Assembly (NCBI GenBank): GCA_964458565.1
Contig: CAYWJO010000011.1
Coordinates: 1 to 64,000 of the forward strand
Reading direction: 5' to 3'
From: an uncultured archaeon
GTDB taxonomy: Archaea > Asgardarchaeota > Thorarchaeia > Thorarchaeales > Thorarchaeaceae
DNA: 64,000 nt
Below are positions 19,320 to 28,588 of the stretch, one piece after another. Each line of letters begins with the position of its first letter. Position 1 is the first letter of the stretch. A program made the translations under genes and the position numbers. The notes beneath the pieces are model-generated. The model saw nothing but the letters and a program-made list of their open reading frames with translations, did no database searches and was not told the DNA's origin.

Positions 19320-20588
19320 TCATTTACCCTTAAGGTATTGTCTGAGCATTCTATGGACCTGAAGAGCAGCAAGGGGTTTTGATATAAGTTTCATATCAGC
19401 TAACGACCACATTCCCTGGGTGAAGATTACAACATGTGATTCTCGTTCATCACCATTTATTGCACACATTGCATATTGAGAAGCTCGAATCAAATCCCAC
19501 TCATCGTTTGTTGTCTCTTGAATAGCTCTCTCAAATGTATGAGATTTTAAATCAACCATCTTGTCCCAATAACCGTTGGTGGTTTCAGACAACCAATCTC
19601 TAACTCTTTCTGTATGAGGTAGGTCAATTTGAGTCGGTTGTATATCCCAATCAGTTCCATTTCGTTCCACAATGAGGGATTCCATCTTGAGATTGTCTTC
19701 AGAAAGCATTTCTGAACCAATATTTCGTTCAAGACGTTTCAGAAGCCATATAGTGGTATCCGAACCGATAAGCCCGGTACGAGTTGCCTCAGCGATTCTG
19801 TGAGCAAATATTCCATTGTGTCCAAGAATACCGTATTTCACTGCTGCAGTTGCGAAAAGATTACTATATGCTGTAAGATTTGTAGGTTTAGTTAGGTGTC
19901 TAAAGTCTATCTCAGCAGGAAGCCCATCTGGTTTATTTGCAGGCGTCTTTCTTGCAAGATACTCTGTCAGGTGCCAAAGTACTGCTCTATGCGGGAAGCT
20001 GAATTTTAGTGAAGGTAATTCAGCAATTAATGACATTGGCATTATGAATGCGTGTCCTAAATTATCTGCATCTTCTGCAGCAAGAGTGATTGTTCTTCGA
20101 ATGAATCTGATGGGATCCTCCTCGTTTGCAAGGGTTGTTGCATCTTGAAGGGCCGCCATGTGACTATGTTCTCTTATTGACTGTGTATAGGCATGGGTGA
20201 CATTGTACAGTGAATCCGTTTTAGGCTCGTAGTCATAACGTGGACCTTTATCTGATTTCCAATGGTCTATAGCAGCAAGATGCATTGTTAACCGTTGCAT
20301 CAGAACTAATTGTAGATGCTCTCTGAATTCATCTGGTAGATTTCTTTTGATGTCTTCTGAATCATCAGTTAATAATTTGGGATTTGGACCTAGATCTTCA
20401 ATCATGCGATGTATTGCATATGTGATTATTGTAGAATGTGCTGTATCGAATTCATGTTCTTCATGCCATGCTGCGGCGTGCATCATGATAGCCCATAACG
20501 CAGCTGGTTGTCCTGAGGTTACTGTCTTTCGAAGTTGTGTGAAAGCATCTTTGATATCTCCTTTAACGCATGCCTGAAACAGATTCAT
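19320..20588 (-). CDS. Helical hypothetical protein with four H-x-x-I pseudo-repeats
   Basis: 422-aa ORF; AHSTI, GHAFI, GHNGI, SHVVI. Confidence 0.75.
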   Translation of the reverse strand: MNLFQACVKGDIKDAFTQLRKTVTSGQPAALWAIMMHAAAWHEEHEFDTAHSTIITYAIHRMIEDLGPNPKLLTDDSEDIKRNLPDEFREHLQLVLMQRLTMHLAAIDHWKSDKGPRYDYEPKTDSLYNVTHAYTQSIREHSHMAALQDATTLANEEDPIRFIRRTITLAAEDADNLGHAFIMPMSLIAELPSLKFSFPHRAVLWHLTEYLARKTPANKPDGLPAEIDFRHLTKPTNLTAYSNLFATAAVKYGILGHNGIFAHRIAEATRTGLIGSDTTIWLLKRLERNIGSEMLSEDNLKMESLIVERNGTDWDIQPTQIDLPHTERVRDWLSETTNGYWDKMVDLKSHTFERAIQETTNDEWDLIRASQYAMCAINGDERESHVVIFTQGMWSLADMKLISKPLAALQVHRMLRQYLKGK

Positions 20589-20686
20589 TATACCTCAACG
20601 AGGGTGAAGGTATCGATTAGTGCATTTATCTGTTGGGCAATGAATATACAGGATGGCATGATGAAATTAATCCACTTTTTTCTGAA

Positions 20687-21340
20687 CTAAACATCTTCTT
20701 CATATATTGCACCTGACTTGAGTTCATTCATGAACCGTTCCCGATTTTCTTCAGGCACTGAATTGAATGCACAACCAAAATTGGGACAAGCTGAGCAACA
20801 CCATTGACGTAGCGTCATAACAAATGATCCTACTACAAGCAATTGAACAATGACCCAATCTAGTCTATTCCAAAAATATACTATGGGAAATAAATACGAG
20901 AACGCAACCCATGCAATAAACACCAGTCTTCCTGCAGTACTTACAGGTGATGGGTCATATTTGAATAGTTTCGGACTCCCCCAGTTTGCTAGACAATAGA
21001 ACCTACCTTCTTTTCCATACTCTTTTCCGGAGTATTCATAGCATGGGCAATGTCTACATAGAACATACCACTCAATCCCTCCTGCAAAGAAAATCATTGA
21101 TATGACAAAATAAACAGGAATCATTAGGGTAGATTCTGATAATACAAGTGATCCTAGTCCTAATGCATTCCCTAAATCATATGTAAACCCAAAATAGATT
21201 ATGTCTGATTGTAGCATTCCCAAGATAGCTATTAACATTGGTATCCAACCCATAACCGCAAACCATCGAGCTTCGCTCCCGCTATATCGTGCGACAATTC
21301 CGCAGTATACCTTTTGTCGCTTATCATCATTGGTAGTCAT
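20687..21340 (-). CDS. Cys-rich membrane protein
   Basis: ~4 TM helices with LCRHCPCY...CLANWG and CCSACPNFGCAFN; probable start 21340. Confidence 0.75.
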   Translation of the reverse strand: MTTNDDKRQKVYCGIVARYSGSEARWFAVMGWIPMLIAILGMLQSDIIYFGFTYDLGNALGLGSLVLSESTLMIPVYFVISMIFFAGGIEWYVLCRHCPCYEYSGKEYGKEGRFYCLANWGSPKLFKYDPSPVSTAGRLVFIAWVAFSYLFPIVYFWNRLDWVIVQLLVVGSFVMTLRQWCCSACPNFGCAFNSVPEENRERFMNELKSGAIYEEDV

Positions 21341-21463
21341 TTCAGTATCTCCTTGAAAATTCTCTACAATTTCTGGACGTATGATTTGAATATAAGAAGT
21401 TGCGAGCTTCACACTGTATCATACGAAAAAAGAAGTGTTTCTCAATAAAGAACAGGTTCGTCT

Positions 21464-21982
21464 TCATGAAACAATGAACGACTCGCGACACATTGGGCAG
21501 GTGATTGTTTCTCCTTTGACTGCTATTCGATCTAAATCTTTTCTACAAAATGGACAAGCTGCAATGGTTTTGGGCTGAGGACCTGTTCCTGTGCCAAGTA
21601 TGAAGTCTCCAGCATCACGGTCAATACGTCCCGATAATTCGCGCCCATCAAGAAGGTCACTGAGAATTCTAGCCACGTTAGCAGCATTGACACCAGATTC
21701 TTGAGCTATCTTCTCAATAGAAATTCGCCGCATTTTCTGGACTGCGTGTTTAACTGCGGTTACTGGATTGGTCGCTAACCCTTTCTCTGGTGGTGATTGT
21801 AGAAAAGCACGTGCTTCGATAAGACCCGAAGTTCCCGTTCCAATTATTTCCAACTTACTCTTTAGGTCTGCGAGATTTCTTTGATATTCCTCTTCTGAAA
21901 CAAGACCCCTCATATAGTCAAGATCCAGGTCTTTTATGGCTGCTTCAATCTTATCGGCATCTTGATGGTCACTCATAGTCAA
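21464..21982 (-). CDS. SHOCT-like helix, PCI-type winged helix and Zn-ribbon protein
   Basis: GLVSEEEY; ISIEKIA...V...L..LL....LSGRID...G; CPFC...CPMC. Confidence 0.7.
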   Translation of the reverse strand: MTMSDHQDADKIEAAIKDLDLDYMRGLVSEEEYQRNLADLKSKLEIIGTGTSGLIEARAFLQSPPEKGLATNPVTAVKHAVQKMRRISIEKIAQESGVNAANVARILSDLLDGRELSGRIDRDAGDFILGTGTGPQPKTIAACPFCRKDLDRIAVKGETITCPMCRESFIVS

Positions 21983-22218
21983 ACAAGCCTCAATTATTCA
22001 CATTCGTTTATCAGACACTTCCATATAAGAAGTCTGAGTTATGCAATTCACCTATACTCTTCCATAGTACTCCTCAATCACAGACTAATTTCGAATATTA
22101 TTCGTTATTAATGATTTAAAGAATCAATAACGCTTTTCTACTGATTATCGACATTATCAGACACGTTAGAATCGCTTTAGCATTTATTCCTTTAAGACTC
22201 ATTATATACTAACCCTGA

Positions 22219-23421
22219 ATGGATTGGGATAGGTGTTACAATTTGAAGAACAGAACGAAGCTGTTGCTTACTACGATATTAGCATTGTTCCTGCTAGCGC
22301 CACTCATGGTTCAGGTCGATGCTTTGCAGATGGGTCCTGGTAATCCCCAAGGCCCTCCGACAGATCCGGGAAAGATACCCGATCATGAAATTGGTCCAAA
22401 TGGAACAGTATGGATAAAAACAGACATTATCACAATAATGGCAAATGGTGAGTTTCCATCATTCCACTTTTGGTATACAGCTGACGATAATGGTGCTAAC
22501 GCTAAATTCATGCTTTCCTACAATGCAATTGTAGAATTTGAGGACGCCAATGGTGATTTAGCATTCCAGAGCAATGAAACATTGAATTTTGCTCCTTTAG
22601 CTGCGTATGAATGGATTCTCCAAACTGGAGAAATAACTGATGGTGAAATTACCACAGAGGTGTGGCTAAAATACACTAAGAGCGGCACCCGAGCTGATGG
22701 ACCACTGGCTGGTGTCGAACCTGCTATGGACGGTCCTGGTTCAGTCCATGAATATGAAGATGTTAGCATCCAAATATGGGCTCATATCTATCTTGAGGAC
22801 TATTATGGAGCTGTCACTGATAGTAATGGAGTGAAAGCTAACTACACAATTGCAGGTGGAAGTGAGCTGAAGATGGACATAATGATTGGTAACTTCCCAT
22901 TCAGCACAGAAACATCAAGCGTAGCTCTTCAGACCCTTCTAAAAGAAAATGGAGCTGCTGGTGATATGAACCAAAATCAACACAGATACATGACTCGTGA
23001 GAGAACTCGAAACATGACGGGTGATTCATCTAACGTGAGTCCAAATATGACCCAAAGTGAATCGATGTTTATGAACCGAGTTGAGAATCACACCCAGAAA
23101 GTTGATTTTACCAACACAGAAACAGGTACTGTTGAAGGTTTCTTCAGTTGGGTCGACAAAGCCATTATTACCTTGCCTGGTGAAGAGAGTGAGGTAGTAG
23201 ATGTCACAGTCTCCTATGTTCCTACAATGAATGGATTGGCACTCTATCTAGCTTATCCCAACTTCGATAATGGGACACTATTGCACGACCCATCAATCGG
23301 TCTAATTGAAGATTCGGCGCCACTAACCACCACCGATTTCCTCCCTAGTCTGTATTTGATTGCTGGCATAGGTGCTGTAGCAATCGCAATTGTGGGTATT
23401 GCTTTTATTCGCAGAAAGTAA
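22219..23421 (+). CDS. Secreted, C-terminally membrane-anchored surface protein
   Basis: Signal peptide, several N-x-S/T sequons, HDPSIG, then TM helix and RRK tail. Confidence 0.8.
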   Translation: MDWDRCYNLKNRTKLLLTTILALFLLAPLMVQVDALQMGPGNPQGPPTDPGKIPDHEIGPNGTVWIKTDIITIMANGEFPSFHFWYTADDNGANAKFMLSYNAIVEFEDANGDLAFQSNETLNFAPLAAYEWILQTGEITDGEITTEVWLKYTKSGTRADGPLAGVEPAMDGPGSVHEYEDVSIQIWAHIYLEDYYGAVTDSNGVKANYTIAGGSELKMDIMIGNFPFSTETSSVALQTLLKENGAAGDMNQNQHRYMTRERTRNMTGDSSNVSPNMTQSESMFMNRVENHTQKVDFTNTETGTVEGFFSWVDKAIITLPGEESEVVDVTVSYVPTMNGLALYLAYPNFDNGTLLHDPSIGLIEDSAPLTTTDFLPSLYLIAGIGAVAIAIVGIAFIRRK

Positions 23422-23429
23422 TATCCCTC

Positions 23430-23459
23430 GGTAGTGGGTCCCACTCTAGGGTCACTACC
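23430..23459 (+). terminator. Stem-loop terminator
   Basis: GGTAGTG...CACTACC followed by a T tract. Confidence 0.55.
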
Positions 23460-23514
23460 ACTCTTTTTATTTCATTAACATCTACGTTCATATGGCTGTG
23501 AAACACACGAATCA

Positions 23515-24519
23515 TTGGAAGTGAATCAACTGATAAAGACGAGATATCTTGTATTAATACTGGTAGGCATAATTGTATCAATTCATATATCACCTACAAC
23601 TGTGTCAGCACAGACAAGTACCAACCTTACACTTGAATCGGTTGATATTGAACTTATTATGGACACCAATGGTACAACACACCTACTATTAGAATCACAA
23701 GTTCATAATACAGGCTCAATAGCTGTTTCTGAGATGAGCTATCATATCGATTCATTGGATGCAAACTTGGTCTGTGCTTCCGTGGATCAACAAGAAGTCA
23801 TAGGGTCAGTTTCAGTTGAAAATCGTTACACTGTTTTGACAATACCATTTCCTGAAAACCTCAATATCAATGAGTCAGTAAAGGTATGTTTTGAAATTGA
23901 GGTAAATGATCTTCAGTCAAACATCCGGCTTACAGAGGATAGTGCCTATTACAATGGCGACATTCTATATTATATTCGTCCAATTAATGAAATGCACAAT
24001 ATCACACTCTCAATTGTACTACCTCAACATACATCACTCTCAATAGAATCGGTTGTACCCATCTATCCCGAACCAAACTATAATTCTACAGATGGATTCT
24101 CTCTACGCTTCACATGGGAAACTCCCATCCTACGCCCGGGACAGGAGAAGGTCTTCATCGTATCTTTCCGTTTTCCCAACGTTGCTCCAGTTCAACCTGT
24201 TGTTGTTTCTACACTTCAGTTACTTAGTGTCATAATTGGTATTGTAATTGGGATTGTTTCTACCTTAGTCGGACCAAGAGTCTATGAACGGCTTAAACGA
24301 GTTGGAGATGTACGAATAGTCGGCGTAACAAATGAGGAAGAAGAGGTATTGGACATCATACGAGACAAAGGGGGCTCGTGTCCACAGAAGGAGCTCTATA
24401 CTGAGATGAATTTATCTCAATCTAAGGTCAGCATCATTCTCACAAACCTTGAAGAGCGAGGTCTCATCAAAAGGTTCCGAGATGGGCGAGAAAATAGGGT
24501 GCATTTGCTAGAAGAATGA
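23515..24519 (+). CDS. Membrane-anchored protein with extracellular beta domain and cytoplasmic winged HTH (COG2512-like)
   Basis: Signal peptide, TM helix, then EEEVLDII...QKEL...SQSKVSIILTNLEERGLIKRFRDGREN. Confidence 0.85.
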   Translation: MEVNQLIKTRYLVLILVGIIVSIHISPTTVSAQTSTNLTLESVDIELIMDTNGTTHLLLESQVHNTGSIAVSEMSYHIDSLDANLVCASVDQQEVIGSVSVENRYTVLTIPFPENLNINESVKVCFEIEVNDLQSNIRLTEDSAYYNGDILYYIRPINEMHNITLSIVLPQHTSLSIESVVPIYPEPNYNSTDGFSLRFTWETPILRPGQEKVFIVSFRFPNVAPVQPVVVSTLQLLSVIIGIVIGIVSTLVGPRVYERLKRVGDVRIVGVTNEEEEVLDIIRDKGGSCPQKELYTEMNLSQSKVSIILTNLEERGLIKRFRDGRENRVHLLEE

Positions 24520-24522
24520 GAT

Positions 24523-25242
24523 TCACCGTCTCTCTAGTCTCTTACCCTCGGGGAGGTCGTCAAGGAGTAGACCTTTTTCCTCAGCAGCTGTTACTGCCTT
24601 TTTCGCTTTAGTGCCGCCTATGTTTTCTAGAGCTCCAGCCGCAGTCTGTCTTACAAAGACTGACTCATCGTCCAACACTTCGATAAGAGGGTCGATTGCT
24701 TTCTTATCCTTACGCTCTCCGAGTTGCGCTGCAGCGTGTATACGGACCATGTACCTACCATGCTTTAGACATTTCACGAGGTAACCCGTTGCTCTTGGGT
24801 CCTCTAAGTCCCCTAACGTATCAATTACCCCTAGCAGAACCTGTTCATCATCACTCTGTAGTTCCTTTGCTAGTTCATCTAGCTCAGGTGATGCTTTTTT
24901 GGTAGCTCTTTTCTTTGCAGTCGCTTTTCCTTGCTTTGCTATTTTCTTTTTCTTCGCAGTCCTTTCCGATGGGCCTTTCTCAGCCAGTTTCTTAGCTTCT
25001 TCGATTATTCGATTTGCCATAACCTCTCCAATGCCATCTACTTTTTTCATAAGTTTACTAGAATCTGTTTTAGTAAGACTTGCGACAGTTTTGAAACCGC
25101 CCTCCCGAAGGCTATCTGCTGTCTTATCACCAACACCTGGAATATCTGTTAGCGAAACCTTCTTTGGAGTTGACTTTTCGGAGGTACCTTTTGTACTCTT
25201 TTTGGTGTCTTTTTTTGCGGTTTTTTGGGGCTTGCTTGACAA
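24523..25242 (-). CDS. Lys-rich helix-hairpin-helix and HEAT-repeat protein
   Basis: LTDIPGVG and VDGIG HhH motifs; VRIHAAAQLG and VRQTAAGALE HEAT repeats. Confidence 0.85.
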   Translation of the reverse strand: MSSKPQKTAKKDTKKSTKGTSEKSTPKKVSLTDIPGVGDKTADSLREGGFKTVASLTKTDSSKLMKKVDGIGEVMANRIIEEAKKLAEKGPSERTAKKKKIAKQGKATAKKRATKKASPELDELAKELQSDDEQVLLGVIDTLGDLEDPRATGYLVKCLKHGRYMVRIHAAAQLGERKDKKAIDPLIEVLDDESVFVRQTAAGALENIGGTKAKKAVTAAEEKGLLLDDLPEGKRLERR

Positions 25243-25365
25243 CGGTTGGCCTCCCCTGATAATAATATCTTATAATTTTGAAAACCAATCTAATCATATA
25301 AACAGTACTCCACATCACAAACGCCTTAACTTCAACATGAAATGCTGATGATAGGTGGCTTTGCG

Positions 25366-25755
25366 ATGCACGAATTCTCAGCAGCTTGTTCTATTGTAGA
25401 TGCAGCAGTAGCAGCAGCTGTGAAACATCATGCTAAGCGGGTTACAGCTGTCTTTATTGAGATTGGACAATTTACCTTTCTTATTCCGGAGCAACTGGAA
25501 TTTAATTTCGAAATCGCATCTAGAAAAACTGTTATTGAGGGGGCAAAGCTGGTAATTACCATAAAAAAGGGGCGGGTAATGTGTAATGATTGTGGAACTG
25601 AAGGTGAGGCCCAATCTATACCTGATATCCCTGATCAGATAGCAATGTTTGCACCAATGAAATGTCCGAATTGTGGAAGCAGTGCAACTGTAATCACTGG
25701 TGGAAAAGAATTCATAATCTCGAATATCGAAGCTGAAATTTCAGACGGTTCCTGA
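25366..25755 (+). CDS. hypA: Hydrogenase nickel metallochaperone HypA
   Basis: MHE start, CNDC...CPNC, GGKEFII. Confidence 0.93.
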   Translation: MHEFSAACSIVDAAVAAAVKHHAKRVTAVFIEIGQFTFLIPEQLEFNFEIASRKTVIEGAKLVITIKKGRVMCNDCGTEGEAQSIPDIPDQIAMFAPMKCPNCGSSATVITGGKEFIISNIEAEISDGS

Positions 25756-25774
25756 TGGAATCCGCACGTAAGAT

Positions 25775-26152
25775 TTAGATTAGAACTGCGTTAAGTACTC
25801 CGTCCTGACCAGGTCTATTTGTGACAAGAGCACGCCCTTTGGATGTTTTTATGATTGTACCCTTAGTAATGACCTTACGACGCTGGTAGTCCATGTTTGC
25901 TTTGTTTTCCTCAACATCTAATAATTCGGCGCGTGTGGTTTCATTACTCTTAGGATCTGTTAAATTGACCATATTCAGTTTCAAGGCTGGAGTCTTGGTG
26001 TGCAATCCTTTAGTAGAGAGTAATCTTCTCTTGGGTTCTCCCATAAGTGTTTCAGTTGGAGTACGTCCCATCTCATGCTTCCTTTTGCTTCGGAATTCCC
26101 TAAGCTTAGCACCTGTTGGTTTTCTTCCAGACCTTCTATGCCAAATTCCCAT
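25775..26152 (-). CDS. rps8e: 30S ribosomal protein S8e (eS8)
   Basis: RKPTG...KRKHEMGR, ITKGTII, RPGQDG. Confidence 0.96.
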   Translation of the reverse strand: MGIWHRRSGRKPTGAKLREFRSKRKHEMGRTPTETLMGEPKRRLLSTKGLHTKTPALKLNMVNLTDPKSNETTRAELLDVEENKANMDYQRRKVITKGTIIKTSKGRALVTNRPGQDGVLNAVLI

Positions 26153-26300
26153 TTCTGACTACCTCTTGTAGGGTCAATGAGGCTCCTCTTGTTGTCGTTT
26201 TAAGGATTATGCAATGGTTCTGGTCACTCATAGTGAAATCGACCTGTTCAAATACCACTTATATCTCATTAGAAAACAAGATCTATCTTGAGGTTATGTC

Positions 26301-27314
26301 ATGTCTAAGATTGAGTCAGCCCATGGTGGCGGCGGTAAGATTATGCAATTACTTCTAGAAGAAGTTATTATTCCTGCATTCACTCGGAGAAAGATTGGCG
26401 ATATCGGACTTGATGAGATGGATGATGGAGCCACATTTCAAACTAATGGGTCTCAACTTATTGTTTGTACAGATGCACATACAGTTCAACCTCTATTCTT
26501 TCCGGGTGGAAATATTGGTACTTTGACAGCTTGTGGTACAATAAATGACCTCTCAGTGATGGGTGCTGAACCTATCGCTATGACTAATACGATAATAGTA
26601 GAAGAGGGGTTTCCCATTGACACCCTTGAGATTATTCTCAAATCAATTGATGATGTTATAGCTCCCCTTGGGATTGCAATGATTGCTGGAGATACTAAAG
26701 TAATGCCATCCGGTACTCTTGACCAGCTTGTTATGTCTTCAACTGGGATTGGACGAGTGTATCTTGATAAGCCAATCCGTGATGCTGGTGCGAATCCTGG
26801 TGATGATATCATATCGACAGGACCCATCGGCGATCATGGAACTTCTTTGCTTGCGCATCGTGAAGGTCTTGAGTTCAAGACGGATCTTATAAGTGATGTC
26901 GCGCCGATTTGGCTGCCAATACGTGATTGTCTAGATATTGGAGGGATTCACGCCATGAAGGATCCTACACGTGGTGGTACTGCAGTTGCTCTAAATGAGA
27001 TTGCTGCTAAATCTGGTATCGAAATTGAGCTCGATGAGTCCGAAATCCCAGTTCGGTCCGAAGTAAAATCTCTTTGCGATCTCCTTGGGTTAAATCCCCT
27101 TCATATGAGCTGTGAGGGTACTGTTCTTATGACCGTGGATTCCGAGTTCACATCTTCTATATTGAACGCTCTTAAAAATCACAATAGAACTAAAGATGCA
27201 AAAGTAATCGGAAGCGTAAATATTGGAGAAGGAAGAGTTGTGATGAATACTATGATAGGAGGTCGGAAACTGGTACAGGTACCCTATGGTGAGCCTGTTC
27301 CTAGGGTCTGTTGA
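26301..27314 (+). CDS. hypE: Hydrogenase maturation protein HypE
   Basis: HGGGG, PLFFPGG, GTINDL, MKDPTRGG, C-terminal PRVC. Confidence 0.96.
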   Translation: MSKIESAHGGGGKIMQLLLEEVIIPAFTRRKIGDIGLDEMDDGATFQTNGSQLIVCTDAHTVQPLFFPGGNIGTLTACGTINDLSVMGAEPIAMTNTIIVEEGFPIDTLEIILKSIDDVIAPLGIAMIAGDTKVMPSGTLDQLVMSSTGIGRVYLDKPIRDAGANPGDDIISTGPIGDHGTSLLAHREGLEFKTDLISDVAPIWLPIRDCLDIGGIHAMKDPTRGGTAVALNEIAAKSGIEIELDESEIPVRSEVKSLCDLLGLNPLHMSCEGTVLMTVDSEFTSSILNALKNHNRTKDAKVIGSVNIGEGRVVMNTMIGGRKLVQVPYGEPVPRVC

Positions 27315-27874
27315 AAGTAATCTACATCTAAATCTTCTTCAGCAGAACGTTTTTCCTCAAGTATCTTCTTCATCTTGAATTTGAGCTGTGCCTTCAATTT
27401 GATTTTATCCCTGTCTAATCCAAAATAATCTGCAAAAAGATCTGTTGTTATTATCTTCTTACTTCGTCCTTCAGGTGTTGAATTGATGAACTTCTTGGCT
27501 TCCAGCTCCTTAACATGATCATATACATGTGTTCCTCTCTGAGTCACCAAATCTGATTGAATAATTGGTTGTCTTAGTGCGATAAAGACAAGCGTCTGTA
27601 AAGTTGCATAGGACAAGAGGCCTCCCGGAATGAATTTATTAACCCTTGGGGTGAGTTCTGGTTTTAGTTGCAAAACATACCGGTCCTTAGGAAGCGCGAC
27701 TACTTCAAGGGCTCCCCCTTTTTTGTGATATTCAAATGATAAATCCTGTAGTAGTTTCTGAGTTGTAGATTCTGCTTTCCCTAAGAGGTCAGCTAACTCC
27801 TCAAGTGTCATTGGTCGACCAGTCACGTAAAGAGCTGCTTCGAGAGTAATAAGGTCGTCATTCATATCTATCAC
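27284..27874 (-). CDS. scpB: SMC-associated subunit ScpB
   Basis: LEAALY, LQTLVFIALRQPI, RG, TTDLFADYFGL; in an operon with scpA and smc. Confidence 0.92.
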   Translation of the reverse strand: MIDMNDDLITLEAALYVTGRPMTLEELADLLGKAESTTQKLLQDLSFEYHKKGGALEVVALPKDRYVLQLKPELTPRVNKFIPGGLLSYATLQTLVFIALRQPIIQSDLVTQRGTHVYDHVKELEAKKFINSTPEGRSKKIITTDLFADYFGLDRDKIKLKAQLKFKMKKILEEKRSAEEDLDVDYFQQTLGTGSP

Positions 27875-28588
27875 CTACATCTTAAGCTTGGTCTGAACTT
27901 CAACTAGTCTCTCAGCGCTCTTTTCAGGTGGGCTCAGAAGCTTGACCCATATGATTTCTTCATCATCCATCCAAATGTCAACATAGCTTCTGGCAAACAA
28001 ATGGAGTAGAGCAAAGAAGGTGCGAACTATCTCCTTTCTCGAATTATTCATAAGAATTTCTACAAATCGTGAAATCGCATTAATCTCCATCATTCCGTTC
28101 AAATCAGCGTAAATCTCAGAGATAATCTCTTCCACATTGGATTCATCTATCTCCATTATGATTGAAGGAGATCCAACCTTGGAGATTCCAGTTCTACCTC
28201 TGGGACTTGGTCGACTTCTCACTCCCTTTGTCAACACACGATCCATGGCAACAAGCAATTCCTCAAGAGTAACACGACGGTTGCTTAACCTAAATGGTGG
28301 TCGGATGAGCGGAATTACAAGATCTTGTTCGTTGTCTTCTTCTTCAGGAGGTAGTATTCCCAACTGAACTAGTTCTCTTGTCTTTTTCATGAAAATGACA
28401 GATGCAGAATAGAGTGCACTTCCTGACACCCTGAAATCGATATCACCAAGAAGTTTCATTTCACGTAGAAATGAACCAATCAGCTGTCCTACGTCAACAT
28501 TCCATGGCTCGATTTTGTCAAGCTGGAGCACATCTGTGAGGAGGATATAGGGTGGTTCTGTCCAGAAAGGTCCTTTCTCATCACTCAT
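27875..28588 (-). CDS. scpA: Kleisin ScpA
   Basis: IEPWNVDV, RRVTLEELL, FFALLHL; directly downstream of smc. Confidence 0.88.
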   Translation of the reverse strand: MSDEKGPFWTEPPYILLTDVLQLDKIEPWNVDVGQLIGSFLREMKLLGDIDFRVSGSALYSASVIFMKKTRELVQLGILPPEEEDNEQDLVIPLIRPPFRLSNRRVTLEELLVAMDRVLTKGVRSRPSPRGRTGISKVGSPSIIMEIDESNVEEIISEIYADLNGMMEINAISRFVEILMNNSRKEIVRTFFALLHLFARSYVDIWMDDEEIIWVKLLSPPEKSAERLVEVQTKLKM

